This document shows, piece by piece, positions 49,727 to 58,189 of a stretch of DNA of 64,000 nt; position 1 is the first letter of the stretch, and every line of letters begins with the position of its first letter. This stretch comes from Longimicrobiales bacterium (GTDB lineage: Bacteria; Gemmatimonadota; Gemmatimonadetes; Longimicrobiales; Gaopeijiaceae), in assembly GCA_963664435.2 (NCBI GenBank), contig CAXXKM010000002.1, positions 736,001 through 800,000 on the forward strand, in the 5' to 3' direction. Under the pieces are notes generated by a model that made no database searches, was not told the DNA's origin, and saw nothing but the letters and a program-made list of their open reading frames with translations. Both the position numbers and the translations under genes were made by a program.

Positions 49727-51028
49727 ATGGAAGAGACCTATTTCCGCAGAGGCTTCGGTCTCAAGAAGCAGGTCAAACCCATCATCGATGCCGAGTACCA
49801 CTCGCAGCTGGTGGATCGCATCCGTGCGCGTGGCTACACCGACGTCTTCGGCGACATCACCGTGCGTCTGGCGCAGGAATTCGGGTTCTGCTACGGGGTC
49901 GACCGCGCCATCGACTACGCGTACGAGACCGTGACCAAGTTTCCCGGCAGGAACATCTACCTGGTCGGGGAGATCATCCACAACCCGCATGTGAACGAGC
50001 GCATGCGCGAGATGGGCATCCGCTTCCTCTATCCGCGCGAGGACCAGAGCTTCGACTTCTCACACCTCACGCCCAGGGACGTGGTTCTGATTCCGGCGTT
50101 CGGCGTTACGCGCCAGGACTTCCGCACGCTGCGCGAGATCGGGTGCCTGCTTGTGGATACGACGTGCGGCTCCGTGCTGAACGTTTGGAAGCGGGTCGAG
50201 CGGTATGCGCGCGACGGCTTCACGGCCATCGTCCACGGCAAGTACACGCATGAGGAGTCCCGGGCCACCGCGTCCCAGGTCACCCTGTTCGACCGGGGCA
50301 AGTACCTGATCGTGCGCAACATGGAGGAGGCGGAGCTGGTGTGCGACTACATCGCGCACCGCCCCGGCAGCATGTCGACCAGGGAGTTCAGGGAGCACTT
50401 CCGCGAGAAGGCCACGCCCGGGTTCGACCCGGAGAAGGACCTGTGCAGGGTCGGGGTGGCGAATCAGACCACGATGCTGGCCAACGAGTCGCTGGCGATC
50501 GCCGCGAGGATTCGCGAGGCGATGGTGGCGGGACACGGGGAAGAGTACGCCAGCGAGCGCTTCCGCTCCTTCGACACCATCTGCTCGGCAACCCAGGAGC
50601 GGCAGGACGCGGTCGAGGAGATGATGGCGCAGCCGCCGGACGTCATGATCGTCATCGGCGGCTACAACTCGTCGAACACGAACCACCTTGCGAGCATGTG
50701 CCGCGAGTACACCGTGACCTACCACATCGAGGACTCGGTGTGCATCGACACGACGACGGGCACGGTGCGCCACAAGCCGGAGCTCGATCCGACCGCGGCC
50801 GAGCTGGTGGCCCGCGACTGGCTCCCCGAGGGACCCTTCCAGCTCGGCATCACGGCCGGCGCCTCCACCCCGAACAACAAGATCGGAGAGGCGCTTGCGC
50901 GCGTGCTGGCGATCCGGGGGGAGCTGCCGCGGCGGGCGGCGCCCGCCGAGAGGGTTGAGGCCGGCGGCGCCAGACCGGTCAGGCTGCCGTCCCTGCCCGT
51001 CCAGACCACGGCCACTCCGCGACACTAG
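49727..51028 (+). CDS. ispH: 4-hydroxy-3-methylbut-2-enyl diphosphate reductase
   Basis: FGFCYGVDRAI, EIIHNP, DTTC, NQTT, DTICSATQERQ, SSNT, TAGASTP. Confidence 0.95.
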   Translation: MEETYFRRGFGLKKQVKPIIDAEYHSQLVDRIRARGYTDVFGDITVRLAQEFGFCYGVDRAIDYAYETVTKFPGRNIYLVGEIIHNPHVNERMREMGIRFLYPREDQSFDFSHLTPRDVVLIPAFGVTRQDFRTLREIGCLLVDTTCGSVLNVWKRVERYARDGFTAIVHGKYTHEESRATASQVTLFDRGKYLIVRNMEEAELVCDYIAHRPGSMSTREFREHFREKATPGFDPEKDLCRVGVANQTTMLANESLAIAARIREAMVAGHGEEYASERFRSFDTICSATQERQDAVEEMMAQPPDVMIVIGGYNSSNTNHLASMCREYTVTYHIEDSVCIDTTTGTVRHKPELDPTAAELVARDWLPEGPFQLGITAGASTPNNKIGEALARVLAIRGELPRRAAPAERVEAGGARPVRLPSLPVQTTATPRH

Positions 51029-51079
51029 CTCGACGGCGAGCTGTCCCGGCCCGCGGGCGTGGGATGCCGCTCCGCCCGG

Positions 51080-52486
51080 CTATATGTGAATCGCCCTGCC
51101 CAGCGCTGACAGCGCTCCCTCCGCCACGGCCTCGGAGAGGGTCGGGTGCGGGTGCATCGCCTTCTCCATCTCCTCGACCGTCGCCTCCAGGTGACGGCCC
51201 ACCACGAATTCGGCGATGAGCTCGGTCGCGCCCGGTCCCACGATGTGCGCGCCCAGGATCTCGGAGTAGCGCGTGTCGCGGATGACCTTCAGGAAGCCCT
51301 CCGAGTCGCCCGCCGCCAGCGCGCGCCCGTTGCCCACCCACGGGAACCTGCCCACCTCGATGTCGTGGCCGGCCTCCCGGGCCTGGGCCTCGGTGAGCCC
51401 GACGGACGCGACCTCCGGGTGGCAGTAGGTGCAGTTGGGGATGTTGCCGTAGTCCACGGTCCCGTGTCCGGCTCCGGCGATGTGCTCCACCGCCACGATG
51501 CCCTCGTGCGAGCCCTTGTGGGCGAGCAGGGGCGGGCCGGCGCAGTCGCCGATGGCGAAGATGCCGGGCACGCTGGTCTCCATGTGCTCGTTGACCTCGA
51601 CGAAGCCGTCGCGGGTGGCCACCCCGGCCCTCTCCAGCCCGATGTCCTCGATGTTGGGGACGCGGCCGACGGCCGACAGGACATAGTCGGCCTCGAGCAC
51701 GCGTTCCCTGCCGGCGCCGTCCTGCACCGTCAGCCGGACGCCGGAGTCGTGGATCTCGGTGTTCTGCAAGCTCGTGCTCGTGAGAATCTCCATCCCGCGG
51801 CGCTTGTAGCTCCGCGCCACCGCCTGCGAGACCTCTTCATCCTCCACGGGAAGAATGCGGTCGAGCATCTCGACCACCGTGACCTTGGAGCCGTAGGCGG
51901 CGTAGATGTCCGCGAACTCGATGCCCACCGCGCCCGCGCCCACGATCACCAGGTGAGCCGGGGCCTCCTGCTGGAAGAGGGCGTGGGTGGACGACCAGAT
52001 GCGCTCGCCGTCGATGATCAGCACGGGAATGTCGCGGGGCCGCGAGCCGGTGGCGATGATGACGTTGCGCCCGTGATAGCGCTGCGATTCGCCGTCGCCG
52101 TTCTGCACCTCCACGGTGCCTCCGCCGGCCAGTCGCCCGTAGCCCTCGATGTGGGTCACCCCGTTCTTCTTGAAGAGATGGCCGATGCCGCGCACCAGGC
52201 GCGAGGCGACGTTGCGGCTGCGCTTCTGCGCGGGGCCCAGGTCCACCCCCATTTCGCCCAGCATGATGCCGTGCTGCCTGGCCTTCTTCAGCTGGCCGAC
52301 CAGGAGCGCGCTCGAGAGCAGGGCCTTGGTGGGGATGCAGCCCACGTTCAGGCACACCCCGCCCAGCTCCTCGTACTCGACGCAGGCCGCGCTCATTCCG
52401 AGCTGAGCCGCGCGGATGGCCGCGACGTAGCCGCCCGGGCCGCTGCCGATGACGATCACGTCGTAGTTTTTTCGGACGTCGGTCAC
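51080..52486 (-). CDS. lpdA: Dihydrolipoyl dehydrogenase
   Basis: GSGPGGY, GGVCLNVGCIPTK, GAGAVG, LAHK...EG, HPTLSE. Confidence 0.95.
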   Translation of the reverse strand: MTDVRKNYDVIVIGSGPGGYVAAIRAAQLGMSAACVEYEELGGVCLNVGCIPTKALLSSALLVGQLKKARQHGIMLGEMGVDLGPAQKRSRNVASRLVRGIGHLFKKNGVTHIEGYGRLAGGGTVEVQNGDGESQRYHGRNVIIATGSRPRDIPVLIIDGERIWSSTHALFQQEAPAHLVIVGAGAVGIEFADIYAAYGSKVTVVEMLDRILPVEDEEVSQAVARSYKRRGMEILTSTSLQNTEIHDSGVRLTVQDGAGRERVLEADYVLSAVGRVPNIEDIGLERAGVATRDGFVEVNEHMETSVPGIFAIGDCAGPPLLAHKGSHEGIVAVEHIAGAGHGTVDYGNIPNCTYCHPEVASVGLTEAQAREAGHDIEVGRFPWVGNGRALAAGDSEGFLKVIRDTRYSEILGAHIVGPGATELIAEFVVGRHLEATVEEMEKAMHPHPTLSEAVAEGALSALGRAIHI

Positions 52487-52567
52487 TTCTTCACCTCCGA
52501 TTCAGTGCGGGAACCCGGAGAAGTGTAGGAGAGCCGGTGCGGGTTGCAACCCCCGTGCCCGGCTTCT

Positions 52568-52595
52568 TTGTCCACTGCCGTGGGCTGGTTATATT
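52568..52595 (+). promoter_or_regulatory. Possible sigma70 promoter for the tRNA
   Basis: TTGTCC-16 nt-TATATT ending 10 nt before the tRNA. Confidence 0.4.
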
Positions 52596-52605
52596 GCGCG
52601 TTCTT

Positions 52606-52679
52606 CGGGACGTGGCGCAGTCCGGTAGCGCACCTGAATGGGGTTCAGGGGGTCGCCGGTTCGAATCCGGCCGTCCCGA
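52606..52679 (+). tRNA. tRNA-Pro(GGG)
   Basis: Acceptor CGGGACG/CGTCCCG, anticodon arm CCTGA-ATGGGGT-TCAGG, T-loop GGTTCGAATCC; CCA not encoded. Confidence 0.95.
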
Positions 52680-52737
52680 TTCTTCGGGTCAAGAGTGTCG
52701 CGGACACGACGTTATTCCGTCCGGCAAGGAGCGACTC

Positions 52738-54567
52738 ATGCGGCTGCACCTGAGTGTTCTCCCGGGTTTTCTCGCCCTGTTCCTCGCATCGCCCGCCCTC
52801 TCCCTGGTGGCCAATCCCCCTCCGGCCCAGGCCGGCGCGGGCGCGGTTTCGGTCGGCTTCAGCCACGTCTGCACCCTGGGGGAGGATGGGGCGGCGAGCT
52901 GCCGGGGCGCCAACGCCAGCGGGCAGCTGGGCGACGGAGGCAGCGCCGACCGCGCCGAACCGGCCCCGGTGTCCGGCGGGCTGACCTTCCAGTCGATCTC
53001 GGTCGGCCACGGACACGCCTGTGGCGTGACGGCCGACGGCGCCGTCCACTGCTGGGGCAGAAACGGCTACGGGGAACTGGGGGACGGCTCCACCACCAAC
53101 CGGACGGAACCGGTGCGCGTCGCCGGGGACATGGCCTTCGAGGCGGTCGCGGCCGGCACCAACCACACCTGCGCGCTCACCGGCGACGGCGAGGCGTACT
53201 GCTGGGGGCTGAACAGCTCGGCCCAGCTGGGCGTGGCGGCCGGCAGCCCGAGCGGCACGCCGGTGCGGGTTGAGACCGACACCCGCTTCGAGTCGATCAC
53301 GGCCGGCGTCGACCACACCTGCGCGCTGGCCGGGAACGGGCGCGCCACCTGCTGGGGCTCGAACGATTTCGTCGAGCTCGGCGACAGCACCCGGGCCCTC
53401 GGCTCGGCCCAGCCCGGCGAAGTCGATGGACCGAGATACGAGGTGCTTTCCGCCGGGAGCAACCGCACCTGCGGGGTCACCGGCGGCGACGCGTACTGCT
53501 GGGGCAACAACAACTACGGCGTGCTGGGCGACGGCACCGAGGAGCGCCGCGGCGGACCGACCGAGGTGGCCGGCGGGCACGACTTCTCCACCATCAGCTC
53601 CGGCGGCGTGCACACCTGCGCGCTCACCGACGACGGCGAAGCCTACTGCTGGGGCCTGAACACCTTCGGCCAGCTGGGCGACGGCTCGACCACCAACCGC
53701 CTCGAACCGGTCGAGGTCACGGGCGGCCACACCTTCGAGTCGATCTCGGCGGGCAACTACGGCACCTGCGCGATTACCGCGGCGGGCGAGGTCTACTGCT
53801 GGGGCCGGGTGACCGGGATGGGAGGGTACGAGGAGGGCGAGGGGATGGACACCGAGCCCACGCTGGTGGGCGGCGAGCCATCCTCCGGCGAGACCGGCTC
53901 CGCGGGGACCCCCGACGCTGGCCCGGATGCCGCGGACAGAGGCCGCGAGTGGGCCGCGCTGGCCACCTCCCTCGGCGCCCTCTCCGCGCAAACTCCTCCG
54001 CGCACGGTTCAGCCGGGAGCGCCGGGGGAGGAGACGCGCGTGCTGGAGCCGGGCGAACTCGACGGCACCGAACTTCCCCCGCACACGGAAGCCGATCTTC
54101 GCTTCATGCGCGGGATGATCCCGCATCACGCCCAGGCGCTGGACATGGTGGACCTGCTCCGGGCACGCACGTCCAATCCGCGCCTGCATCGGCTGGCCCT
54201 GCGCATCGAGATCTCGCAGAAGGACGAGATCGCGATGATGCAGCGCTGGCTGCACGACCGGGGCGAGGAAGCCCCCGGCGCCATGGCGCAACACGGACAC
54301 GGCGGCATGATGGACGAACTCATGCCGGGGATGCTCTCGCCGGAACAGATGGCGCAGCTCGCTGAGGCGCGCGACGCCGATTTCGACCGCCTGTTCCTGG
54401 AGTTCATGATCGACCACCACGCGGGCGCGCTGGTCATGGTCGAGGAATTGTTTGCGAGCCCGGGCGCGGGACAGGGGTCCGCCATCTACCACTTCGCAGC
54501 GGATGTGGAAGCGGACCAGGAGATGGAGATTCGGCGCATGCGCGCGCTGCTGGAGGGCGGCAGCTGA
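52738..54567 (+). CDS. RCC1-repeat beta-propeller fused to a DUF305 (ferritin-like) domain
   Basis: About 7 repeats of H(T/A)C....G..YCWG.N..GQLGDG; C-terminal F..GMIPHH.QA..M and FLEFMIDHHAGA..M. Confidence 0.82.
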   Translation: MRLHLSVLPGFLALFLASPALSLVANPPPAQAGAGAVSVGFSHVCTLGEDGAASCRGANASGQLGDGGSADRAEPAPVSGGLTFQSISVGHGHACGVTADGAVHCWGRNGYGELGDGSTTNRTEPVRVAGDMAFEAVAAGTNHTCALTGDGEAYCWGLNSSAQLGVAAGSPSGTPVRVETDTRFESITAGVDHTCALAGNGRATCWGSNDFVELGDSTRALGSAQPGEVDGPRYEVLSAGSNRTCGVTGGDAYCWGNNNYGVLGDGTEERRGGPTEVAGGHDFSTISSGGVHTCALTDDGEAYCWGLNTFGQLGDGSTTNRLEPVEVTGGHTFESISAGNYGTCAITAAGEVYCWGRVTGMGGYEEGEGMDTEPTLVGGEPSSGETGSAGTPDAGPDAADRGREWAALATSLGALSAQTPPRTVQPGAPGEETRVLEPGELDGTELPPHTEADLRFMRGMIPHHAQALDMVDLLRARTSNPRLHRLALRIEISQKDEIAMMQRWLHDRGEEAPGAMAQHGHGGMMDELMPGMLSPEQMAQLAEARDADFDRLFLEFMIDHHAGALVMVEELFASPGAGQGSAIYHFAADVEADQEMEIRRMRALLEGGS

Positions 54568-54631
54568 CGTGATTCACTCCCGCGCTGCCCGACCCGGGCC
54601 AGGCGCGGAACCTGGTTGGAGAAAGGCGACG

Positions 54632-56527
54632 ATGAAGAAGCGGCTTCAGATGATTGGAGGACCGATGGGGATGCGCGCGTTGAGGATGACCATCGTGATG
54701 GCGGCATTGGGGCTCCCGGCATACGCGGCCGCCCAGGCCGTTCCGCCGGGACAGCCGCGGCCCGAGGAACTCGCGGAGGTACGCGCCGACTCCCTGGCCG
54801 AACCGGCGCTCCCGGCCTTCGACTGGGACATCCTCGATCCGCGGGTGAACCTGGCGGCCGGCTGGCTCGACGCCGAGAGCGCCATCCGGAACCTCGAGCT
54901 GGTGGCGACCACGCCCCGTCCGGAGGGCTTCTTCAACCCGGAGACGCCGCGTCAGGGCGCCGGCTTCTCCAACACGGATCTCGCCTTTCAGGGGGATTAC
55001 CTCTTCCAGGGCAACTACAACGGCTTTCAGGTCTACGACATCTCCGATCCCGGCAACATCGAACTGCACGTCGCGGTGGTGTGCCCCGGCGGCCAGGGCG
55101 ACGTGTCGATCTACGGTGACCTGCTCTTCATGTCCGCCCAGGAGACCCGCGGCCGGCTCGACTGCGGCACCGAGGGCGTCCAGGACAGCGTGAGCGTGGA
55201 GCGCTTCCGCGGGGTGCGCATCTTCGACCTGTCGAACCTGGAGGCGCCCCGGCAGGTGGCGGCCGTCCAGACCTGCCGCGGCTCGCACACGCACACCGTG
55301 GTCACCGACCCCAATGACGACGAGAACGTCTACGTCTACGTCTCCGGCACATCCGGGGTGCGTCCGGCGGACGAGCTTCCCGGGTGCTCGGGGTTGCCCC
55401 CGGAGGAGGATCCCAACACCGCGTACTTCCGCATCGAGGTGATCCAGGTCCCGCTGGCGAACCCGGAGGACGCCCGCATCGTCAACATGCCGCGCATCTT
55501 CGCGGACCCCGAGACCGGCGAACTCGGCGGCCTCTGGCAGGGCGGCGACCACGGCGAGGGCACCCAGGAATCCCGTCTCACCAACCAGTGCCACGACATC
55601 ACGGTCTTCCCGGAGATCGGACTCGCCGCCGGGGCCTGCGCGGGCAACGGCATCCTGCTGGACATCTCGGACCCGGTGAACCCGGTGCGCCTCGACGAGG
55701 TGGTGGATCCCAACTTCGCCTACTGGCACTCGGCCACGTTCAACAACGACGGCACCAAGATCCTCTTCACCGACGAATGGGGCGGCGGAGGCCAGCCGCG
55801 CTGTCGCTCGACCGATCCGCCCGACTGGGGCGCGAACGCCATCTTCGAAATCGTCGACGGGCAGATGGAGCTCGCCGGCTACTACAAGCTGCCGGTGCCG
55901 CAGAGCGAGCTGGAGAACTGCGTGGCCCACAACGGAGCCATCATCCCGGTGCCCGGACGCGACATCATGGTGCAGGCGTGGTACCAGGGCGGCCTGTCGA
56001 TGCTCGACTTCACCGACGCATCCGACCCGGTCGAGATTGCCTTCTTCGACCGCGGCCCGCTGAGCGAGGAAGAAATGTTCACGGGCGGCTACTGGTCCAC
56101 CTACTGGAACAACGGCTTCATCTACGGCGCCGAGATCACGCGCGGGCTCGACATCTTCCGGCTGAGCCCCAGCGAGCATCTCTCCCGGAACGAGATCGAC
56201 GCCGCGAACATGGTGCAGGTCGAAGAGTTCAACGCGCAGCTGCAGCCGATGTTCACCTGGCCGGCACACCCCGCCGTGGCGGGATCGTACCTCGACCAGC
56301 TGGAGCGGGCCGGCGACATCCAGCCCTCGCTGCTGCGGCAGTCGCGGGAGGTCCTGGCTGCCGCCCGATCCATGCCGGGAGCCGACGTGGCCGCCCAGCT
56401 GCGTGAAACCGCGTCCGCCCTCGACGCGAACGCCGACGAGGTGAATGCGGGCGAGCGGCTGGGCGACGCGCCCCGCCAGCGCTGGCTGGCCCAGGCCATG
56501 CGGGAGCTGGCGGCGTCGATGGATTAG
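54632..56527 (+). CDS. LVIVD-repeat secreted protein (DUF305-associated type)
   Basis: N.DLAF.G, GNYNGF..YDISDP, CPGGQGDVS, QTCRGSHTHT, CHDIT, WHSATF, DEWGGG, ENCVAHNG. Confidence 0.85.
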   Translation: MKKRLQMIGGPMGMRALRMTIVMAALGLPAYAAAQAVPPGQPRPEELAEVRADSLAEPALPAFDWDILDPRVNLAAGWLDAESAIRNLELVATTPRPEGFFNPETPRQGAGFSNTDLAFQGDYLFQGNYNGFQVYDISDPGNIELHVAVVCPGGQGDVSIYGDLLFMSAQETRGRLDCGTEGVQDSVSVERFRGVRIFDLSNLEAPRQVAAVQTCRGSHTHTVVTDPNDDENVYVYVSGTSGVRPADELPGCSGLPPEEDPNTAYFRIEVIQVPLANPEDARIVNMPRIFADPETGELGGLWQGGDHGEGTQESRLTNQCHDITVFPEIGLAAGACAGNGILLDISDPVNPVRLDEVVDPNFAYWHSATFNNDGTKILFTDEWGGGGQPRCRSTDPPDWGANAIFEIVDGQMELAGYYKLPVPQSELENCVAHNGAIIPVPGRDIMVQAWYQGGLSMLDFTDASDPVEIAFFDRGPLSEEEMFTGGYWSTYWNNGFIYGAEITRGLDIFRLSPSEHLSRNEIDAANMVQVEEFNAQLQPMFTWPAHPAVAGSYLDQLERAGDIQPSLLRQSREVLAAARSMPGADVAAQLRETASALDANADEVNAGERLGDAPRQRWLAQAMRELAASMD

Positions 56528-56534
56528 GGCCGAA

Positions 56535-58139
56535 GTGAAGACGGCCCGGAAGCGCGTAGGACTGCCTTGCATTCTCCTCGCACTCGTTTGGGTCGCCTGC
56601 GCGGAGCCAGCCAATCGCGGCGAGACTTCCGCGGCGGGCTCCGCATCGCCCGCGGCCGGAGACGCCCCCCTCCCCACGGCCCTCTGGCACGACGCTACCG
56701 ACGAACTCCTCCCCGCCACGGCCGAATGGACCAACAAGGTCGAGCTCGCCGACATCGACGGGGACGGCCGCATCGACCTGCTGTTCGCGAACGGCGGCAA
56801 CTACTCCGAGCCGGGTGAGCCCGAGCTGAACCGGGCGTTCGCCAACCGCGGCCCGCGGCAACCCTTCGAGGAGGTGACCGGCCGGGTGTTCGGCTCCACG
56901 CCGGACCTGGCGCGGGTGATCAAGGCGCGCGACTTCGACGGAGACGGCGATGCCGACATCATCGTCGGGGCGACCTACCAGACCCGGAGCAGGCTATACA
57001 TGGGAACGGGAGAGGGCGCGTTCGAGGAGCGCACCGCTACCCACCTCCCCCGGCTCCGGCTCAGCCTGGGCGACGCCGAGCCCGGGGACGTGGACCTGGA
57101 CGGCGACCTCGACCTGGTGCTCGCGGACTGGGGACCCGGCAACAACATGACCAACGAGGGCGGCCGGACGCGCCTCTGGCTGAACGACGGCACGGGCCGC
57201 TTCACCGACGCCACCGAAGGCCGCATGCCCGCGACCCTGGTCCGCTTCTCCTGGGACCTCGAGCTGGTCGATGTCGACAATGACTTCGACCTGGATGTCC
57301 TGGTGTCCTGCAAGCGCTGCGCGGGCAGCCTGCTCTATCGGAACGACGGCACCGGCGTCTTCGAGGAGGACCCGCGCGGGCTGCCGCAGTACACGAACAA
57401 CTACGAGTTCGAGGCGATGGATCTCGACGGCGACGAATTCCTCGACCTCGTGACCATCAACGACGGCGAGATCGTCGGCGAACGAGGCTCCCGACGCCGC
57501 GAGCACGTTTTCCGCAACGACGGCGAGGGCCGGTTCGTGGATGCGACGGATGCGTGGTGGCCGGCTTCCGACAACATCGGAGAGGACGACAACGTCGTCG
57601 CCTTTCTCGACTTCGATTCCGACTTCGACGCCGATTTCCTGATCGGCTCGCTCAGCGGCCCCGATCGCCTGCTGATCAACGACGGCACCGGCCGGCTGCG
57701 CCTGGCGACCGAGGTGTTCACCGGCGCGGAGACGCCCGGCACGCTGGGCATGGCCATCGCCGACCTCGACGGAGACGGGCGCATCGACGTGGTGCAATCC
57801 CAGGGCGAGCATCCCACGGCCATCCAGGAGCGCATCTTCCTGGGGCGGGGGCTGGCAGCCTACAATGCTGTGCCCGTGGTGGGGACGCCGATGACAGTCC
57901 CGGACGGCGACAGCGCGCTCGTCCTGGTCCGCATCCACCAGCGCAAGAGCCCGTCGCTCGCGGCCGAGTGGGAGAGCGTCGAGGTGACGTGGGAATCGGA
58001 AGACAGGGAAGGGACGGTCCCGATGCGCTGGTACGGCGAGTACCTCTGGCGGGCGCGGATTCCGCTGGAGGCGAGGCCGTCCATCATCGACGCGAGGGCT
58101 GCGGCCGGGGGCCGGACGCGTCTCGAACCACGGTCCTGA
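56535..58139 (+). CDS. FG-GAP/VCBS repeat lipoprotein
   Basis: Repeated D(I/F/L)DGDG..D and NDGTG.F motifs; lipobox-like VWVAC. GTG start inferred. Confidence 0.82.
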   Translation: MKTARKRVGLPCILLALVWVACAEPANRGETSAAGSASPAAGDAPLPTALWHDATDELLPATAEWTNKVELADIDGDGRIDLLFANGGNYSEPGEPELNRAFANRGPRQPFEEVTGRVFGSTPDLARVIKARDFDGDGDADIIVGATYQTRSRLYMGTGEGAFEERTATHLPRLRLSLGDAEPGDVDLDGDLDLVLADWGPGNNMTNEGGRTRLWLNDGTGRFTDATEGRMPATLVRFSWDLELVDVDNDFDLDVLVSCKRCAGSLLYRNDGTGVFEEDPRGLPQYTNNYEFEAMDLDGDEFLDLVTINDGEIVGERGSRRREHVFRNDGEGRFVDATDAWWPASDNIGEDDNVVAFLDFDSDFDADFLIGSLSGPDRLLINDGTGRLRLATEVFTGAETPGTLGMAIADLDGDGRIDVVQSQGEHPTAIQERIFLGRGLAAYNAVPVVGTPMTVPDGDSALVLVRIHQRKSPSLAAEWESVEVTWESEDREGTVPMRWYGEYLWRARIPLEARPSIIDARAAAGGRTRLEPRS

Positions 58140-58189
58140 CGGCGCGGATTGACTTGGCCTGATCGGGGCCCGGATGGAGGACCGAGCGC

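Noticed and set aside
46028..52679. Genomic island bounded by tRNA-Pro and a duplicated tRNA 3' end
   Set aside because: The look-alike lies upstream of the tRNA, inside a CDS. The intervening genes are housekeeping (ispH, lpdA) and no integrase is adjacent.
52537..52737. N-terminal extension of the RCC1-DUF305 ORF
   Set aside because: It overlaps the tRNA-Pro gene; ATG 52738 has an AAGGAG RBS and begins a signal peptide.
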